DNA of 64,000 nt, from positions 27,118 to 91,117 of the forward strand of contig CAMYLP010000003.1 in NCBI GenBank assembly GCA_947259245.1, in the 5' to 3' direction. Below are positions 43,161-53,680 of this stretch, in pieces. The position numbers and the translations under genes are program-made. The stretch's first letter is position 1, and the number at the start of each line of letters is the position of its first letter. The notes under the pieces are model-generated. The model made no database searches, was not told the DNA's origin, and worked only from the letters and a program-made list of their open reading frames with translations. Source of the stretch: an uncultured Patescibacteria group bacterium. Lineage in GTDB: Bacteria; Patescibacteriota; Minisyncoccia; Phycocordibacterales; UBA12088.

Positions 43161-44354
43161 TTACTCAAACCTCATTTCAATAACTTTTGCTGTTTTAGAT
43201 AACTCATTCTTTTGTTGTTCAAAACTTCTGATGTATGCCTCTTTATCTATGTAGTTATAAAAAATGTTTTGATCGAACTCATATGTTGTTGTCATGTAAA
43301 ACCCGTAGTAATGTAATTTTTTTGAAACATCGCGAAGGGAGGGGACAATGTAGCTAAGCAGGAAAATGATCTTGTATAAGAACGTCACAACGCTACGTGG
43401 CATAGTAACAACGTGCATCCGTAGACCTATCTCCTTTAAAGTTACCTTTGAAATTTGATGCATGGTAAGTGGAGTGGGATTCACAAGGTGCAATATTGTG
43501 CCGTTTGGTAACTTCTCACGTAGGGACACTAACCGTGCAACATTCTCACATACTATTGACAGTGGAATCAGATTCATTGTAGTGGGTGTAACCATGAACG
43601 GGAGATAGTTTAAACAAACATCTTTGTCTTTCATATGTATACCAACAGACGCTGAAATGTAGGGATGGTCAATGCAAAATTTTACAAGGAGCTGTTTCAA
43701 CCCTAGCATAGCACGCACCAGTGCATAGTAGCCAAACAAAGTTGTAGGTTCGCCCTTACTATCCATCGTACCAAACACTACACTTGGTCTGATTACGACG
43801 TATTTTAATCCCATTTCCTTCAGCGCAAGTAATGCAAGTTCTGCCTCATACTTACTTTGCTCATATGAGTTATTAAATTTCTCCTGGTTAGGAGTTTGCT
43901 CGTAATGCACGCCCTGAGATTTTCCATGAACGTAGGCAGTGCTAATGAAATAGAGAGTAGTATTCAACTCCTTCGCAAGGCCTGCAATGTTACGTGTTCC
44001 ATTAACATTTGTCTTAATAACCTCGCTGCCATCTTTGCTCCTGAAGCTCAAGTTTGCTGCTAGGTGCACTATTGCATCTACACGACCTACACCACCTAAA
44101 ATTGTTTCAATCTGTTCGCTTATCGAATCATGTACCAAATCACATATGTTCGCCTGTATCACATGTACCCGTTTCCAAGCCTCCGGTGTGAAATCATACT
44201 CGGATTGTACCCTTTCTTTTACATCTTCATTCTGTGTTGGACGAACGATCAGAATTACCGTGTCACCGCGTTGCACAAAAAGTTTGGTCAGTTCGTGTCC
44301 AATGTATCCTGTCGCACCTGTTATGACGTACACCTGTGAGGAAGTATTGCCCAT
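43161..44354 (-). CDS. extended SDR of the fatty-acyl/thioester reductase (NAD_binding_4) type
   Basis: ITGATGYIG, IVHLAA, NVNGT, FISTAYV, YEQSKYEAE, IRPSVV. Confidence 0.8.
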   Translation of the reverse strand: MGNTSSQVYVITGATGYIGHELTKLFVQRGDTVILIVRPTQNEDVKERVQSEYDFTPEAWKRVHVIQANICDLVHDSISEQIETILGGVGRVDAIVHLAANLSFRSKDGSEVIKTNVNGTRNIAGLAKELNTTLYFISTAYVHGKSQGVHYEQTPNQEKFNNSYEQSKYEAELALLALKEMGLKYVVIRPSVVFGTMDSKGEPTTLFGYYALVRAMLGLKQLLVKFCIDHPYISASVGIHMKDKDVCLNYLPFMVTPTTMNLIPLSIVCENVARLVSLREKLPNGTILHLVNPTPLTMHQISKVTLKEIGLRMHVVTMPRSVVTFLYKIIFLLSYIVPSLRDVSKKLHYYGFYMTTTYEFDQNIFYNYIDKEAYIRSFEQQKNELSKTAKVIEMRFE

Positions 44355-44451
44355 TGTGACATTATACGAGGCGATGCACTTACAACAAAACCACCCACAA
44401 GCATTGTTGCTGGCATTTCATGCGCTATGCATTGTTTTTTGAAAAGAGTGT

Positions 44452-45177
44452 TTATTGTAGTCGCCCAATGTTTTCCATTACTGACTGTGCTTTCTGGCGA
44501 TATTGTGGGGTGCCAGGTTGTTCTGTACCATCGAAAATATCCTCCGGATAAATGGGTTTGCCAATCACGATTTTAATATGATGTTGTCGCGCAATAAATT
44601 TTTTGAGTGTAATATTGAACGTCCCCTGCATGTTTATAGGAATAATGGGTGACTTGGTACGTTCAGAAAGATAGATAAAGCCTGGTTTTGCATTACCGAC
44701 ATCGCCCGTTTGTGTCTTTTTCCCTTCTGGAAAAATACAAACAGATCGTCCCATATTCAATATTCTAATATGGTGCCCTAGCGCAAGCTCATAGTTACGT
44801 ATCCCTCTGTATACTGGATAAGCACCCATAAGTCTAAAGAGGATGCCACCATAACAAAGTGAACGTACGCCGTACTTTTTAAATGGGTAGTCCTTTTTCG
44901 TGAGTGAAACAAAGTACAGGGGTACCTGTTTACACAACAGTGGTAGTGCATATTGTACCATTACAGGATCCACCTCGCTCGAATGATTTACCGCCAAAAT
45001 CGTACCTTTACCATGTACGAGACGAAGGTTCTCTGTCCCAGTAACCGTGAACTTTGCGAATGTCAAAAGTAAGATACGTGCGAACGGCCACAACAAAATA
45101 TGGAACAGTGTTGTCGGCAACCAAAATATATGAGCGTCACTCTTTAGAGCTTCACTTCTTGGATCAGGGGTGTTCAT
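44452..45177 (-). CDS. lysophospholipid acyltransferase (PlsC family)
   Basis: NHSSEVD (HxxxxD), IFPEG, IIPI. Confidence 0.88.
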   Translation of the reverse strand: MNTPDPRSEALKSDAHIFWLPTTLFHILLWPFARILLLTFAKFTVTGTENLRLVHGKGTILAVNHSSEVDPVMVQYALPLLCKQVPLYFVSLTKKDYPFKKYGVRSLCYGGILFRLMGAYPVYRGIRNYELALGHHIRILNMGRSVCIFPEGKKTQTGDVGNAKPGFIYLSERTKSPIIPINMQGTFNITLKKFIARQHHIKIVIGKPIYPEDIFDGTEQPGTPQYRQKAQSVMENIGRLQ

Positions 45178-45317
45178 GGCTGTCTCTCAGTATCATTCGT
45201 GCTGCACGTACTATCTCGTACACTTTATGTGCTGCAAGTCTCCAATTTACTTTTGCTAATACACGTTACAGAGGTATTGTAGCATCTTTACAAGTAGATG
45301 TAAAGTGTGTCATAATA

Positions 45318-45833
45318 TCAAGGACGCACAAAAAGTGGGATACTCACAATAGGCACAAGGAGCCAGCCGAACAAGGCAACCGGTGTCGCAAAAAGAGCGT
45401 AAAAGACGACGCTGAAGCTATAAAGTGTCGCGATGTTGACCACGTTGAACAGAACAGCCAAAAAGAGTCCTGTTATTGAGACAGCGAGCACAAGCGCCTC
45501 AACGAAGCGCCATACCACTCGGAGTTGAAAAGTGCTCTTTAGGTACTTGCGCATGACCGTAAAGATGATGATGCTTGATATGAGAAGGACGATGAGCCTT
45601 TCGTAGGTGTCTGAGTTTGCAAGTTCTAGCGACACCCTGCCGTAGTAAGGAAACGTCTGCGTGATGAGCGCCGCTGGATAGAGCGCAACCAGGATAGTGA
45701 GAAGTACATCCTTTCCGCGTGTAAGCGCTGCTGCTGTAGCTAGTGCGAGAAGACTGAGTACGCCAAAAATATCCACGCCAACACTCGTGAGTGATGTACG
45801 GATTGAACTCTCGAACTCTGTTGGATCGAACAT
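45318..45833 (-). CDS. hypothetical integral membrane protein
   Basis: 171 aa, about 5 TM helices, follows dnaJ. Confidence 0.7.
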   Translation of the reverse strand: MFDPTEFESSIRTSLTSVGVDIFGVLSLLALATAAALTRGKDVLLTILVALYPAALITQTFPYYGRVSLELANSDTYERLIVLLISSIIIFTVMRKYLKSTFQLRVVWRFVEALVLAVSITGLFLAVLFNVVNIATLYSFSVVFYALFATPVALFGWLLVPIVSIPLFVRP

Positions 45834-45837
45834 GCGC

Positions 45838-46908
45838 TTACACGCCCTCGTCTCGTAGTGCTTCCGCAGCCTTCTTTGCCTTTCGCGAAAGCTTCCCGGG
45901 GACCTGTATGTCTATTGTAATATAAAGATCGCCTCGTGTACCATAGCGCTGTGGAACACCTTTCCCCTTCACTCGCAAACGTTCACCGTGGGTGACACCT
46001 TGAGGAATCTTCACGTTGATTTCACCGTCGAGCGTCTCCACCTTATATGAGCTTCCAAGGAGTGCGTCTGTCACCTTAACTGACAGTGGCATAACAATAT
46101 TGTTACCCTCCTTCCTGAAACGCTGGTCTGATTTGACGTGTACCTTCACGTACAGGTCTCCGGCCGCACCGCCCGGCACTGCCTCACCGTGACCTTGCAT
46201 GCGTATCATTTCACCATTCTCGATGCCAGCCGGCACCGCTATAGCTACCTCTTCCTCCTGACGTGCGACACCATGTCCGTGACATGTTGTGCACTTCTCC
46301 TTAGGGACCTTGCCAGTGCCATTGCACTCACTACACGCGCGGGTTGTTGCAAATGTGCCGAGCACTGTCTGTCGCGATTCGTGCACTTTTCCTGCACCAT
46401 TGCATGTCGAACAGGTGGTAAGCTCGGTACCACGCTTGGCACCAGAGCCATCGCAGCTCTCACAAGAACTTGTTTTTGTCAGGAGTACCTTTCGCTTAAC
46501 CCCAAAAATAGACTCTTTAAAAGTAAGTTCGATGTCTATCGAGATATCACGACCACGTCGCATGCGTTGACCTCCGCCAAAGAAATCTGAAAAGATGTCA
46601 CCAAGGTCGAACTCTACACCACCATGAGTCCCGCCGAAGCCCTGAGCGAAGTTCGAAAAGTCAAAACCACCTGCAGGACCGCCCGCACCACCACCTTGGA
46701 ACGTGCGGCCGTATGTATCGTACTCAGCTCTCCGCTTTTCATCTGAGAGTACGGCGTACGCCTCACCGATCTCTTTGAACCGCTGCTCGTCACCTCCCTG
46801 CTTGTCAGGATGGTATCTATGGGCCAGCTTTCGAAAGGCCTTCTTTATTTCGTCCTTGGAGGCACCTTTTTCGACACCAAGGACGGTGTAGTAGTCTTTA
46901 TTGCTCAT
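45838..46908 (-). CDS. dnaJ: chaperone DnaJ
   Basis: J domain with HPD, G/F region, four CxxCxGxG repeats. Confidence 0.98.
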   Translation of the reverse strand: MSNKDYYTVLGVEKGASKDEIKKAFRKLAHRYHPDKQGGDEQRFKEIGEAYAVLSDEKRRAEYDTYGRTFQGGGAGGPAGGFDFSNFAQGFGGTHGGVEFDLGDIFSDFFGGGQRMRRGRDISIDIELTFKESIFGVKRKVLLTKTSSCESCDGSGAKRGTELTTCSTCNGAGKVHESRQTVLGTFATTRACSECNGTGKVPKEKCTTCHGHGVARQEEEVAIAVPAGIENGEMIRMQGHGEAVPGGAAGDLYVKVHVKSDQRFRKEGNNIVMPLSVKVTDALLGSSYKVETLDGEINVKIPQGVTHGERLRVKGKGVPQRYGTRGDLYITIDIQVPGKLSRKAKKAAEALRDEGV

Positions 46909-46952
46909 AACGCGTGTTGTGCGTCTTACCAGTAACGGTACGTTTCAGAAGA

Positions 46953-48851
46953 CTAGCTTGTCTCAGCATCACGTACCTTTGGTTCGTCGTCGTCGTTTTT
47001 CTCGTCTTTCTTGTTGTCCTTCTTTTCATCATCTGACGAGGCTGTTTCGTCTTGCTTGCTCATCGCCTCACCTATCTTGCTCATTGCTTTGCTGAGTGCT
47101 TCGGTGGCGCCCTTTATGGCTGATGTGTCTGAACCATCCTTTACCTTTTTGAGTGCGTCAATGTTCTCCTGCACCTCCTTTTTTACCTCGTCACTCACCT
47201 TGTCACCGTAGTCTGACAGTGACTTTTCAGCCGTATAGACTATCTGCTCGGCAACATTCCTCACCTCTACTGTTTCGCGCTTTTCTGCGTCCTCTTTCTC
47301 GTGGTCCTTTGCCTCATTTTGCATTTTCTCGATCTCGCTTTCCGAAAGACCTGAGCTTGCTTCGATACGAATGCTCTGCTCCTTTCCCGTAGCTTTGTCC
47401 TTAGCAGTAACGTTCAAAATGCCGTTTGCATCCACGTCAAAGATCACCTCAACTTGTGGCATGCCGCGTGGGGCTGGAGGAATGCCGTCAAGTATGAAGC
47501 GTCCGAGAGACTTGTTGTCACCGGCCATGGCACGCTCACCTTGCGTGATATGGATCTCTACCTGCGTTTGGTTGTCTGCTGCGGTCGAAAACGTCTGGCT
47601 GCGCTGTGTAGGGATGGTAGTGTTCTTCTCGATGAGCTTCGTCGCTACGCCGCCCATGGTCTCGATACCGAGAGAGAGCGGAATGACATCGAGCAAGAGA
47701 ACGTCTTTCACGTCGCCCTGCAAAATACCGGCTTGGATTGCGGCGCCGAGAGCCACAACCTCGTCCGGGTTGATGGTCTTATTGGGTTCCCTGTTGAAGA
47801 GTGTCTTTACTGCGTCCACGATTGCCGGCATACGCGTCTGTCCTCCCACAAGTATCACCTCGTCGATGTCCTCTATTTTGAACGGGGAGGCCTCCACTGC
47901 ACGCTTCACGATCTCCATGGAGCGGTCCACGTACTCTGAGGCAAGCTCCTCGAGCTTTGCGCGTGAGAGGTGGAGCAAGAGGTGCTTCGGACCTGACTCG
48001 TCGGACGTGACAAATGGTATGTTTATCTCTGCCTCAGGTACGGTCGAAAGCTCGATCTTTGCCTTTTCCGCTGCTTCATCCAGACGTTGAAGTGCGAGGG
48101 GGTCTTTCGTAATGTCGATACCTGCATCCTTCTTAAACTCGTCGGCTATCCATCGCACGATCTTTTGGTCAATGTCCCGTCCTCCCATGTGGCTGTCGCC
48201 ATCGGTACTCTTCACCTCTATCACATCGTCACCCACTTCCAACACAGATATATCAAAGGTACCACCACCGAAGTCATAGACGACTATCTGTTCATCCTTC
48301 TTTTTGTTGAAACCATATGCAAGCGCCGCAGCAGTAGGCTCATTGATGATACGTTTTACATCGAGTCCTGCTATTTTACCCGCGTCCTTTGTTGCCTTCC
48401 GCTGAGCATCGTTGAAATATGCGGGCACCGTAATCACAGCTTCTGTGATCTTCTCGCCAAGTTTGCGCTCCGCATCATTCTTCAGCTTTTGAATGATCAT
48501 GGCGCTTATCTCCTCAGGTCGCTGGTCTTTTCCTCCAAGAGATATGAGCACGCCGCCATCGTTTCCCTTTTTGACCTCGTAAGGCACAATTTTCTTGTCC
48601 TTCTGCACGGCGTCATCCGTGTAGCTATGGCCAATGAACCGCTTAATACCGTATATAGTATTCTCCGGGTTTGTAACGGCCTGACGCTTTGCAATCACAC
48701 CAACAGCCCGTTCCTTGTTCCTTGCGATGGCAACAACGGAAGGGGTCGTACGATTGCCCTCTTCATTTTCCACTATCTGCGGCTCACCTGCTTCTATGAC
48801 AGCCATTGCTGAGTTGGTGGTACCGAGATCTATTCCGAGTATTTTAGACAT
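46953..48851 (-). CDS. dnaK: chaperone DnaK
   Basis: [32 protein letters not shown]. Confidence 0.99.
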   Translation of the reverse strand: MSKILGIDLGTTNSAMAVIEAGEPQIVENEEGNRTTPSVVAIARNKERAVGVIAKRQAVTNPENTIYGIKRFIGHSYTDDAVQKDKKIVPYEVKKGNDGGVLISLGGKDQRPEEISAMIIQKLKNDAERKLGEKITEAVITVPAYFNDAQRKATKDAGKIAGLDVKRIINEPTAAALAYGFNKKKDEQIVVYDFGGGTFDISVLEVGDDVIEVKSTDGDSHMGGRDIDQKIVRWIADEFKKDAGIDITKDPLALQRLDEAAEKAKIELSTVPEAEINIPFVTSDESGPKHLLLHLSRAKLEELASEYVDRSMEIVKRAVEASPFKIEDIDEVILVGGQTRMPAIVDAVKTLFNREPNKTINPDEVVALGAAIQAGILQGDVKDVLLLDVIPLSLGIETMGGVATKLIEKNTTIPTQRSQTFSTAADNQTQVEIHITQGERAMAGDNKSLGRFILDGIPPAPRGMPQVEVIFDVDANGILNVTAKDKATGKEQSIRIEASSGLSESEIEKMQNEAKDHEKEDAEKRETVEVRNVAEQIVYTAEKSLSDYGDKVSDEVKKEVQENIDALKKVKDGSDTSAIKGATEALSKAMSKIGEAMSKQDETASSDDEKKDNKKDEKNDDDEPKVRDAETS

Positions 48852-48880
48852 GTTTCGTGTTGCTTATGCTAGTAATGAGA

Positions 48881-49474
48881 CTATTCATCATCCTTTTTAG
48901 CTACTACCACTTTCGCTGGACGTACGACTTCACCATCTATCCGATATCCTCGTAGGAGTACCGTAGCGACAGAGTGGTCCTTCGATTCATCGCTGGCATG
49001 TACAATGCTCATGCATTCGTGAACTTTCGGGTCAAAGGCATCTCCAACCTCGCCAAAAGACGTGAGTCCTGCTGTAGCAAGACCTTGTACGAGCTGGTCA
49101 TGAATTTTCTCGACACCGTTACGCCACTCTTTGTCGACAGCCCCCCACGTTTCAGTGGAGCGCGCTTGGTCAAAGCTGTCCAGGGCCGGTATTATTCCGC
49201 GAGCTAACCGCCCTTGTGCACGTGCGTCATCCCGCGCCCGATCATTGTCCACAGTGCGCCTAAAGTTTACGAGGTCGGCCTTGCTGCGCTGCCATCCTGC
49301 CAAGTTCTCATCGCGTTCCTTTTGCACCTCTCTGAGTTCACGGCGTAGTGTCTTCAGTTTCTGTTTGAGAGCTGATGCCGCGAGTTCTGTCTCCTCTGCA
49401 ACAACCTCATCTCCGGAGTCGGCGTCAATGACGATGTCGTTTGCATCGTTCTTTTTTTGGGGGCGCTTTGACAT
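48881..49474 (-). CDS. grpE: nucleotide exchange factor GrpE
   Basis: ADLVNFRR, FDPKVHE, GYRIDGEVVRPAKV. Confidence 0.95.
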   Translation of the reverse strand: MSKRPQKKNDANDIVIDADSGDEVVAEETELAASALKQKLKTLRRELREVQKERDENLAGWQRSKADLVNFRRTVDNDRARDDARAQGRLARGIIPALDSFDQARSTETWGAVDKEWRNGVEKIHDQLVQGLATAGLTSFGEVGDAFDPKVHECMSIVHASDESKDHSVATVLLRGYRIDGEVVRPAKVVVAKKDDE

Positions 49475-49480
49475 GGCAAT

Positions 49481-49508
49481 ATTATAGAGAGGAACACAAG
49501 GGTGTCAA
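49481..49508 (-). promoter_or_regulatory. near-consensus promoter of grpE-dnaK-dnaJ (leaderless geometry)
   Basis: TTGACA-16-TATAAT-6 nt-ATG. Confidence 0.75.
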
Positions 49509-49578
49509 ATTTTAATGCTTACAATGACTTATCCTATAATCAAAAAAGACCCACGCCGTAGCGTGGGAGTTTATCGTT

Positions 49579-50388
49579 CTACTTCCTGCTCGTAAGTGTG
49601 TTACGCAGAAATGCATGTACATGGATGTTATCAATTATGTAGCTGTTGTGAGGCACACTAGCCATGTGTGATTCAACAAAGCCGTATACTTCGTAACGAT
49701 CATGGGAGGTATTGTAACGAAACACCGGACCACCACTCATACCCTTATCGATGGTCTGATTGACACTGAAGTACAAAGTGTCATTCATCACGACCATATT
49801 TGTAACGGTGGCTGGATACAATCCCAATGAGTGCCATCGTCCACCAGGGGCTGCGGCAATAATGACGTCGTCCATGATATGTAAGCGGTCAGACGATGTG
49901 CTGACCGGCGCAACGGGTATATCATCGCAGCTATCGCTGACAATCTGTACCAGTGCAAGATCCGTAGCGGTTGACGTTGCGACCACGTGTCCCAACCCGC
50001 TAATTTGCAGGTCGACCACCTGACGCTCGTCGCGTTTGTACCAGATCGCCTCAACAACATCTCTCGACGCAATCGTGTCATCAATGGTAGCGCTACTCGA
50101 TGAAGCTGTTGACGTTGTCTCCGTAGCGTTCTCATCATCGTGTGTGACAACGTGAGCTACGGTAAGCACATCAAGAAAGCATGTACTGCCAAGCTGTTGA
50201 CTTGCAATGATGACGCCACACCCCGTCTTTCTCGTTTGCTGACCGTCTTGTACGTACGTGTATACTATCGTAACAGTGGGATCTAGCAGCTCCCGCACGA
50301 GGGCGTCGCTTTCACGCTTCCCATCATGAGCTACGCTTGTCCATGTGGACGAGTATAGCAAGAGGACAAGCAGTGCACGAAACTTCAT
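49579..50388 (-). CDS. secreted trypsin-like serine protease (S1)
   Basis: Signal peptide; triad LTVAHV / DLALV / GMSGGPV; SD GGAGGTG. Confidence 0.85.
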   Translation of the reverse strand: MKFRALLVLLLYSSTWTSVAHDGKRESDALVRELLDPTVTIVYTYVQDGQQTRKTGCGVIIASQQLGSTCFLDVLTVAHVVTHDDENATETTSTASSSSATIDDTIASRDVVEAIWYKRDERQVVDLQISGLGHVVATSTATDLALVQIVSDSCDDIPVAPVSTSSDRLHIMDDVIIAAAPGGRWHSLGLYPATVTNMVVMNDTLYFSVNQTIDKGMSGGPVFRYNTSHDRYEVYGFVESHMASVPHNSYIIDNIHVHAFLRNTLTSRK

Positions 50389-50456
50389 ATCGCACCTCCA
50401 TATATGTGGGTCTTACTCTAACGTGTCGTAAATGACTAACCATGTCAAGTTGTATC

Positions 50457-51125
50457 CTACCAGGTTACAGGATCTATACCGTTCTGTTTCATGTACTCAT
50501 TCGCCTTGCTGAAATGTCTGCAGCCAAAGAAGCCAGCCCTTGCGCTGTACGGCGAAGGGTGTGCTGCCTCCAACACGAGGTGTTTTCTACGGTCAATGTG
50601 TTCGCCCTTTGCCTTAGCGTAGTTCCCCCAGAGCATGAAAACGAGGTGCTCTCGCTCATGGTTAAGCAGCCGCACAACAGCGTCAGTAAAGGTCTCCCAG
50701 CCCTTACCCTGATGACTTCCGGGCTGGCCCGCGCGCACCGTAAGTGTGGCATTGAGGAGCAAAACGCCCTCATGTGCCCAGTGATCGAGATTGCCGCTCT
50801 GCGGCTGTTCTATACCAAGGTCGTCGTGAAGCTCCTTGTAAATGTTTTGAAGAGAAGGCGGTATGGAGACGCCCTCAGGTACGGAGAAACACAGGCCATG
50901 TGCTTGTCCTCTCCCATGGTATGGGTCTTGTCCGAGTATCACCACCTTTACCTTGTCGAAAGGACATGCGTCAAATGCGTGAAACACATCCTTCGGTGCA
51001 GGATATATCGGTCCTGTCGTGTACTCTTCCCGAACAAACGTGGTGAGGTCACGCCAGTACTCCTTTTCAAACTCGTCTGCAAGTGCGGCTTTCCACGCTG
51101 GTGCCATGCGTACGTCAGTTGCCAT
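50457..51125 (-). CDS. ung: uracil-DNA glycosylase (family 1)
   Basis: GQDPYHG, AHGLCFS, PPSLQN, GVLLLN, HPSPYS. Confidence 0.98.
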   Translation of the reverse strand: MATDVRMAPAWKAALADEFEKEYWRDLTTFVREEYTTGPIYPAPKDVFHAFDACPFDKVKVVILGQDPYHGRGQAHGLCFSVPEGVSIPPSLQNIYKELHDDLGIEQPQSGNLDHWAHEGVLLLNATLTVRAGQPGSHQGKGWETFTDAVVRLLNHEREHLVFMLWGNYAKAKGEHIDRRKHLVLEAAHPSPYSARAGFFGCRHFSKANEYMKQNGIDPVTW

Positions 51126-51147
51126 ATCAACGTATCGTACCATACAC

Positions 51148-51171
51148 AAAAACCACCAATGGGTGGTTTTT
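51148..51171. terminator. intrinsic terminator
   Basis: AAAAACCACC-aatg-GGTGGTTTTT. Confidence 0.7.
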
Positions 51172-51190
51172 ATTTTTTATGAAGCCCTCC

Positions 51191-51598
51191 TTAGTGTGAC
51201 ACTGCGGGCTTCAGAGTCTTTGCCTCCTTGACCCACTTTTCAACCACGGCTGCACTCGGAGTACGGTCAACGAGCTTTCGTGCTGCATTCTTCTCCTCCA
51301 TCGCTGCTGCAAGGTTTTCTGCATTGCGCGTAGCGAGTTCCTTCACTGTGTCAACTCCGGCCTGCTCGAGAAGGTCAGCGTACTCTTCACCAACACCATT
51401 TATACGCATAAGATCTGCGCGGTTCACCCACTCAAGGAGTCGCTTCTCGGATACTCCCGCTTCAGTGGCAACCCCTTCACGTCCTTTTTTGTCACCACAG
51501 CGACGAAGCAAGTCCTCGGTTGTCTGGATATCCGCGCTACGCAGCTTATCTGCGTACTCTTTACCAATACCCTCTATCTCTTCAATTTTGTACGACAT
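51191..51598 (-). CDS. helix-hairpin-helix protein (DUF4332-like)
   Basis: IEEIEGIG...WVNRADLMRINGVGEEYADLLEQAGVDTVKELA. Confidence 0.85.
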   Translation of the reverse strand: MSYKIEEIEGIGKEYADKLRSADIQTTEDLLRRCGDKKGREGVATEAGVSEKRLLEWVNRADLMRINGVGEEYADLLEQAGVDTVKELATRNAENLAAAMEEKNAARKLVDRTPSAAVVEKWVKEAKTLKPAVSH

Positions 51599-51642
51599 AG
51601 TTGTTGTTGTTTATGTACTAATAGTTAAGAAATAAGTATGGT

Positions 51643-52065
51643 CTACTGTACTGTTTTTGGCAGACCTTCACAAGCCACACCGTCCTTGTCCCGGTCGAGC
51701 CCGTGTACGTCGTTCTCTTCGAAGCCGCAAGTCTCGAAGGTTTTCTGCGCCTCCTCCTGCGTTGCGAAGTCGTCACAATTGTAGCTTGCCCTGTCACACA
51801 TAGCGCCAATAATGAGGTTACCCTCCTCGGTGCGTTCGATTTTGCTTTCCTCTAGCGAGCCGGTTTCAATGACCTTGCCGAGGTCATAGTCCGTATTAGC
51901 CATCTCAAGGCCAAGTGCCGCGAGCAAAACAACAGCTATGCCGATCATCCAGAGTCGTGTCTTCTCAAAGAAGAACGCAATGACAGCCACAACAATAAGG
52001 AGAATGATAATGATAGTGAGGCGACTTTTTTTGCTGCGCCGCCACTTCGCTATTTCTTTTTCCAT
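51643..52065 (-). CDS. membrane protein with an excalibur-type Ca-binding domain
   Basis: Two TM helices; [13 protein letters not shown]...[14 protein letters not shown]. Confidence 0.85.
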   Translation of the reverse strand: MEKEIAKWRRSKKSRLTIIIILLIVVAVIAFFFEKTRLWMIGIAVVLLAALGLEMANTDYDLGKVIETGSLEESKIERTEEGNLIIGAMCDRASYNCDDFATQEEAQKTFETCGFEENDVHGLDRDKDGVACEGLPKTVQ

Positions 52066-52110
52066 AGGATTTTAGTATACAGACACTGTACCAACTTGGC
52101 GAGTCGCATT

Positions 52111-53394
52111 TCACGCAACATGTGGTGATACTGTTGGGATATCAGCCCAACTACTAGTGTAGCGAGGCGAAAGTGTATTGCTTTTTGGATGCCAGCTTTT
52201 CTCTGTAGTACATCGCAACTCCTCGGCACCAAGCTGTACGGCCCGGTCACCAAAGCGATGTCGTAATGCGTCAAGCGCATGCATAAGTGGCTTCCTCGCC
52301 CCACTCTCCTCGCCAAAGATCGTCCGCGGCATGACGCTCTCCTCTGGAACAATATCCTTCACCATCACACCGGCTTTAGCGTACGGAAAACCTTTTCTAT
52401 ACATGCGCTCGAGTACGCTGAGTGCCGTCTGCACGATGGTGATCGTGTCGTTCGTGTGATGAGTGAGCGTGTCACCATCGTAGGCACTGTAGCGATGTGT
52501 GGTGTGACGAGAGGTACGAATCGTCACATACACCTCGCGTGCCGCGGCACCCTCAACGCGGAGCACCTCCGCCGCCTTGCGCGCGTGGTGTGCTATCGCC
52601 TGCTTGAGACCTGACAGATCGTAAACGGGTCTTCCGAAGGACTGTGAATGAAGGAGTGACTTTCTAAGTGTCGTATCCTCTCCAACAGTAAAACAAGGCG
52701 TACCTCGGAGCTCATAGACGGTGCGCAAACCCCGTACGCTCAGTCGCTTGCGTAGCCACGTATCATCCATGCGGATAAGCTTTCCGGCCGTTGTAACACC
52801 AAGGTCCTTCAACACGGGTCCCAGACGAAATCCAATACCCCACACCTCATCGACCGGGAGCTCCTCAAGTGCAACATTGCGCACGTAGGGCTCAAGAAGA
52901 AGGTTGACCCCACGCCCGCCGTACTTTGGCTTGGCGAAGTGCGTCGCTACTTTTGCAAGGGTCTTTGTATGTGCTACACCCACTGAGACCGGTATGCCGG
53001 TCTCACGTATGACGGCCGTGTGCAGCGCGTGCGCTTGTTGTGCAATATCTCCATCGCGTCCGTCGAGAGCCACAAACGCCTCATCAACCGAGTATGCTTC
53101 TACCGTATCTGCATACCGGCGAAGTACCGACATGATGCGGCGGGACATGTCCCGGTACAGCGCAAAATTGCTAGAGAAAATACTCACGCCGTGCTGATCG
53201 CAACGCTCACGTACTTTAAAGTATGGTTCACCCATAGTGAGTCCAAGTGCCTTCGCCTCTTCAGAACGTGAAATAACACACCCGTCATTGCTCGAAAGCA
53301 CAATGACCGGTTTGTTTCTGAGCTCAGGGCGAAATAACCGCTCGCACGAGACAAAAAAATTATTTGCATCTATCAACACCGTGTATATTGACAT
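52111..53394 (-). CDS. umuC: Y-family DNA polymerase V catalytic subunit
   Basis: LIDANNFFVSCE, VLSSNDGCVI, SSNFALYRDMS, YSVDEAF, KTLAK, C-terminal LSPRYTSSW. Confidence 0.93.
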   Translation of the reverse strand: MSIYTVLIDANNFFVSCERLFRPELRNKPVIVLSSNDGCVISRSEEAKALGLTMGEPYFKVRERCDQHGVSIFSSNFALYRDMSRRIMSVLRRYADTVEAYSVDEAFVALDGRDGDIAQQAHALHTAVIRETGIPVSVGVAHTKTLAKVATHFAKPKYGGRGVNLLLEPYVRNVALEELPVDEVWGIGFRLGPVLKDLGVTTAGKLIRMDDTWLRKRLSVRGLRTVYELRGTPCFTVGEDTTLRKSLLHSQSFGRPVYDLSGLKQAIAHHARKAAEVLRVEGAAAREVYVTIRTSRHTTHRYSAYDGDTLTHHTNDTITIVQTALSVLERMYRKGFPYAKAGVMVKDIVPEESVMPRTIFGEESGARKPLMHALDALRHRFGDRAVQLGAEELRCTTEKSWHPKSNTLSPRYTSSWADIPTVSPHVA

Positions 53395-53440
53395 ATAAGT
53401 ATTAAATGGTATCGTTAAGATCGGAATAAGGAGGTGCGCT

Positions 53441-53626
53441 ATGAGTATTGCAGACTTATTACACCGGAAAGACAGTCAGCATGAAGCCGAGGAAGACATG
53501 CTCGGCGTCGAAGCAAGCGTGGAGATTAAAAACCTGCCGCAAGAGGAGCACCATACCAACGACAGCGACAGTGCGGGGCTGGACGTAGTCGAACATTACA
53601 GGACGGCAGTACAGCCGATCGAATAA
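53441..53626 (+). CDS. small acidic orphan protein (61 aa)
   Basis: Very strong SD TAAGGAGGTG; terminator hairpin downstream. Confidence 0.55.
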   Translation: MSIADLLHRKDSQHEAEEDMLGVEASVEIKNLPQEEHHTNDSDSAGLDVVEHYRTAVQPIE

Positions 53627-53646
53627 AAAGAACATTATGAGAAGAG

Positions 53647-53677
53647 AGACCCCAAGCACGCTACTTGGGGTCTTTTG
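53647..53677. terminator. terminator between the convergent 61-aa gene and the umuD-like gene
   Basis: AGACCCCAAG-cacgcta-CTTGGGGTCT followed by TTT. Confidence 0.7.
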
Positions 53678-53680
53678 TAC

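Noticed and set aside
47371-48812. 239-aa and 241-aa ORFs antisense to dnaK
   Set aside because: Long antisense frames are common opposite dnaK; no start signals or motifs.
49475-49578. CIRCE/HrcA operator upstream of grpE
   Set aside because: TTAGCACTC-N9-GAGTGCTAA is absent; only a plain sigma70 promoter is visible.
53459-53659. 66-aa hydrophobic minus-strand ORF between the umuD-like gene and umuC
   Set aside because: Its start lies inside a terminator hairpin with no RBS; the + strand ORF has the strong SD. Not fully excluded.
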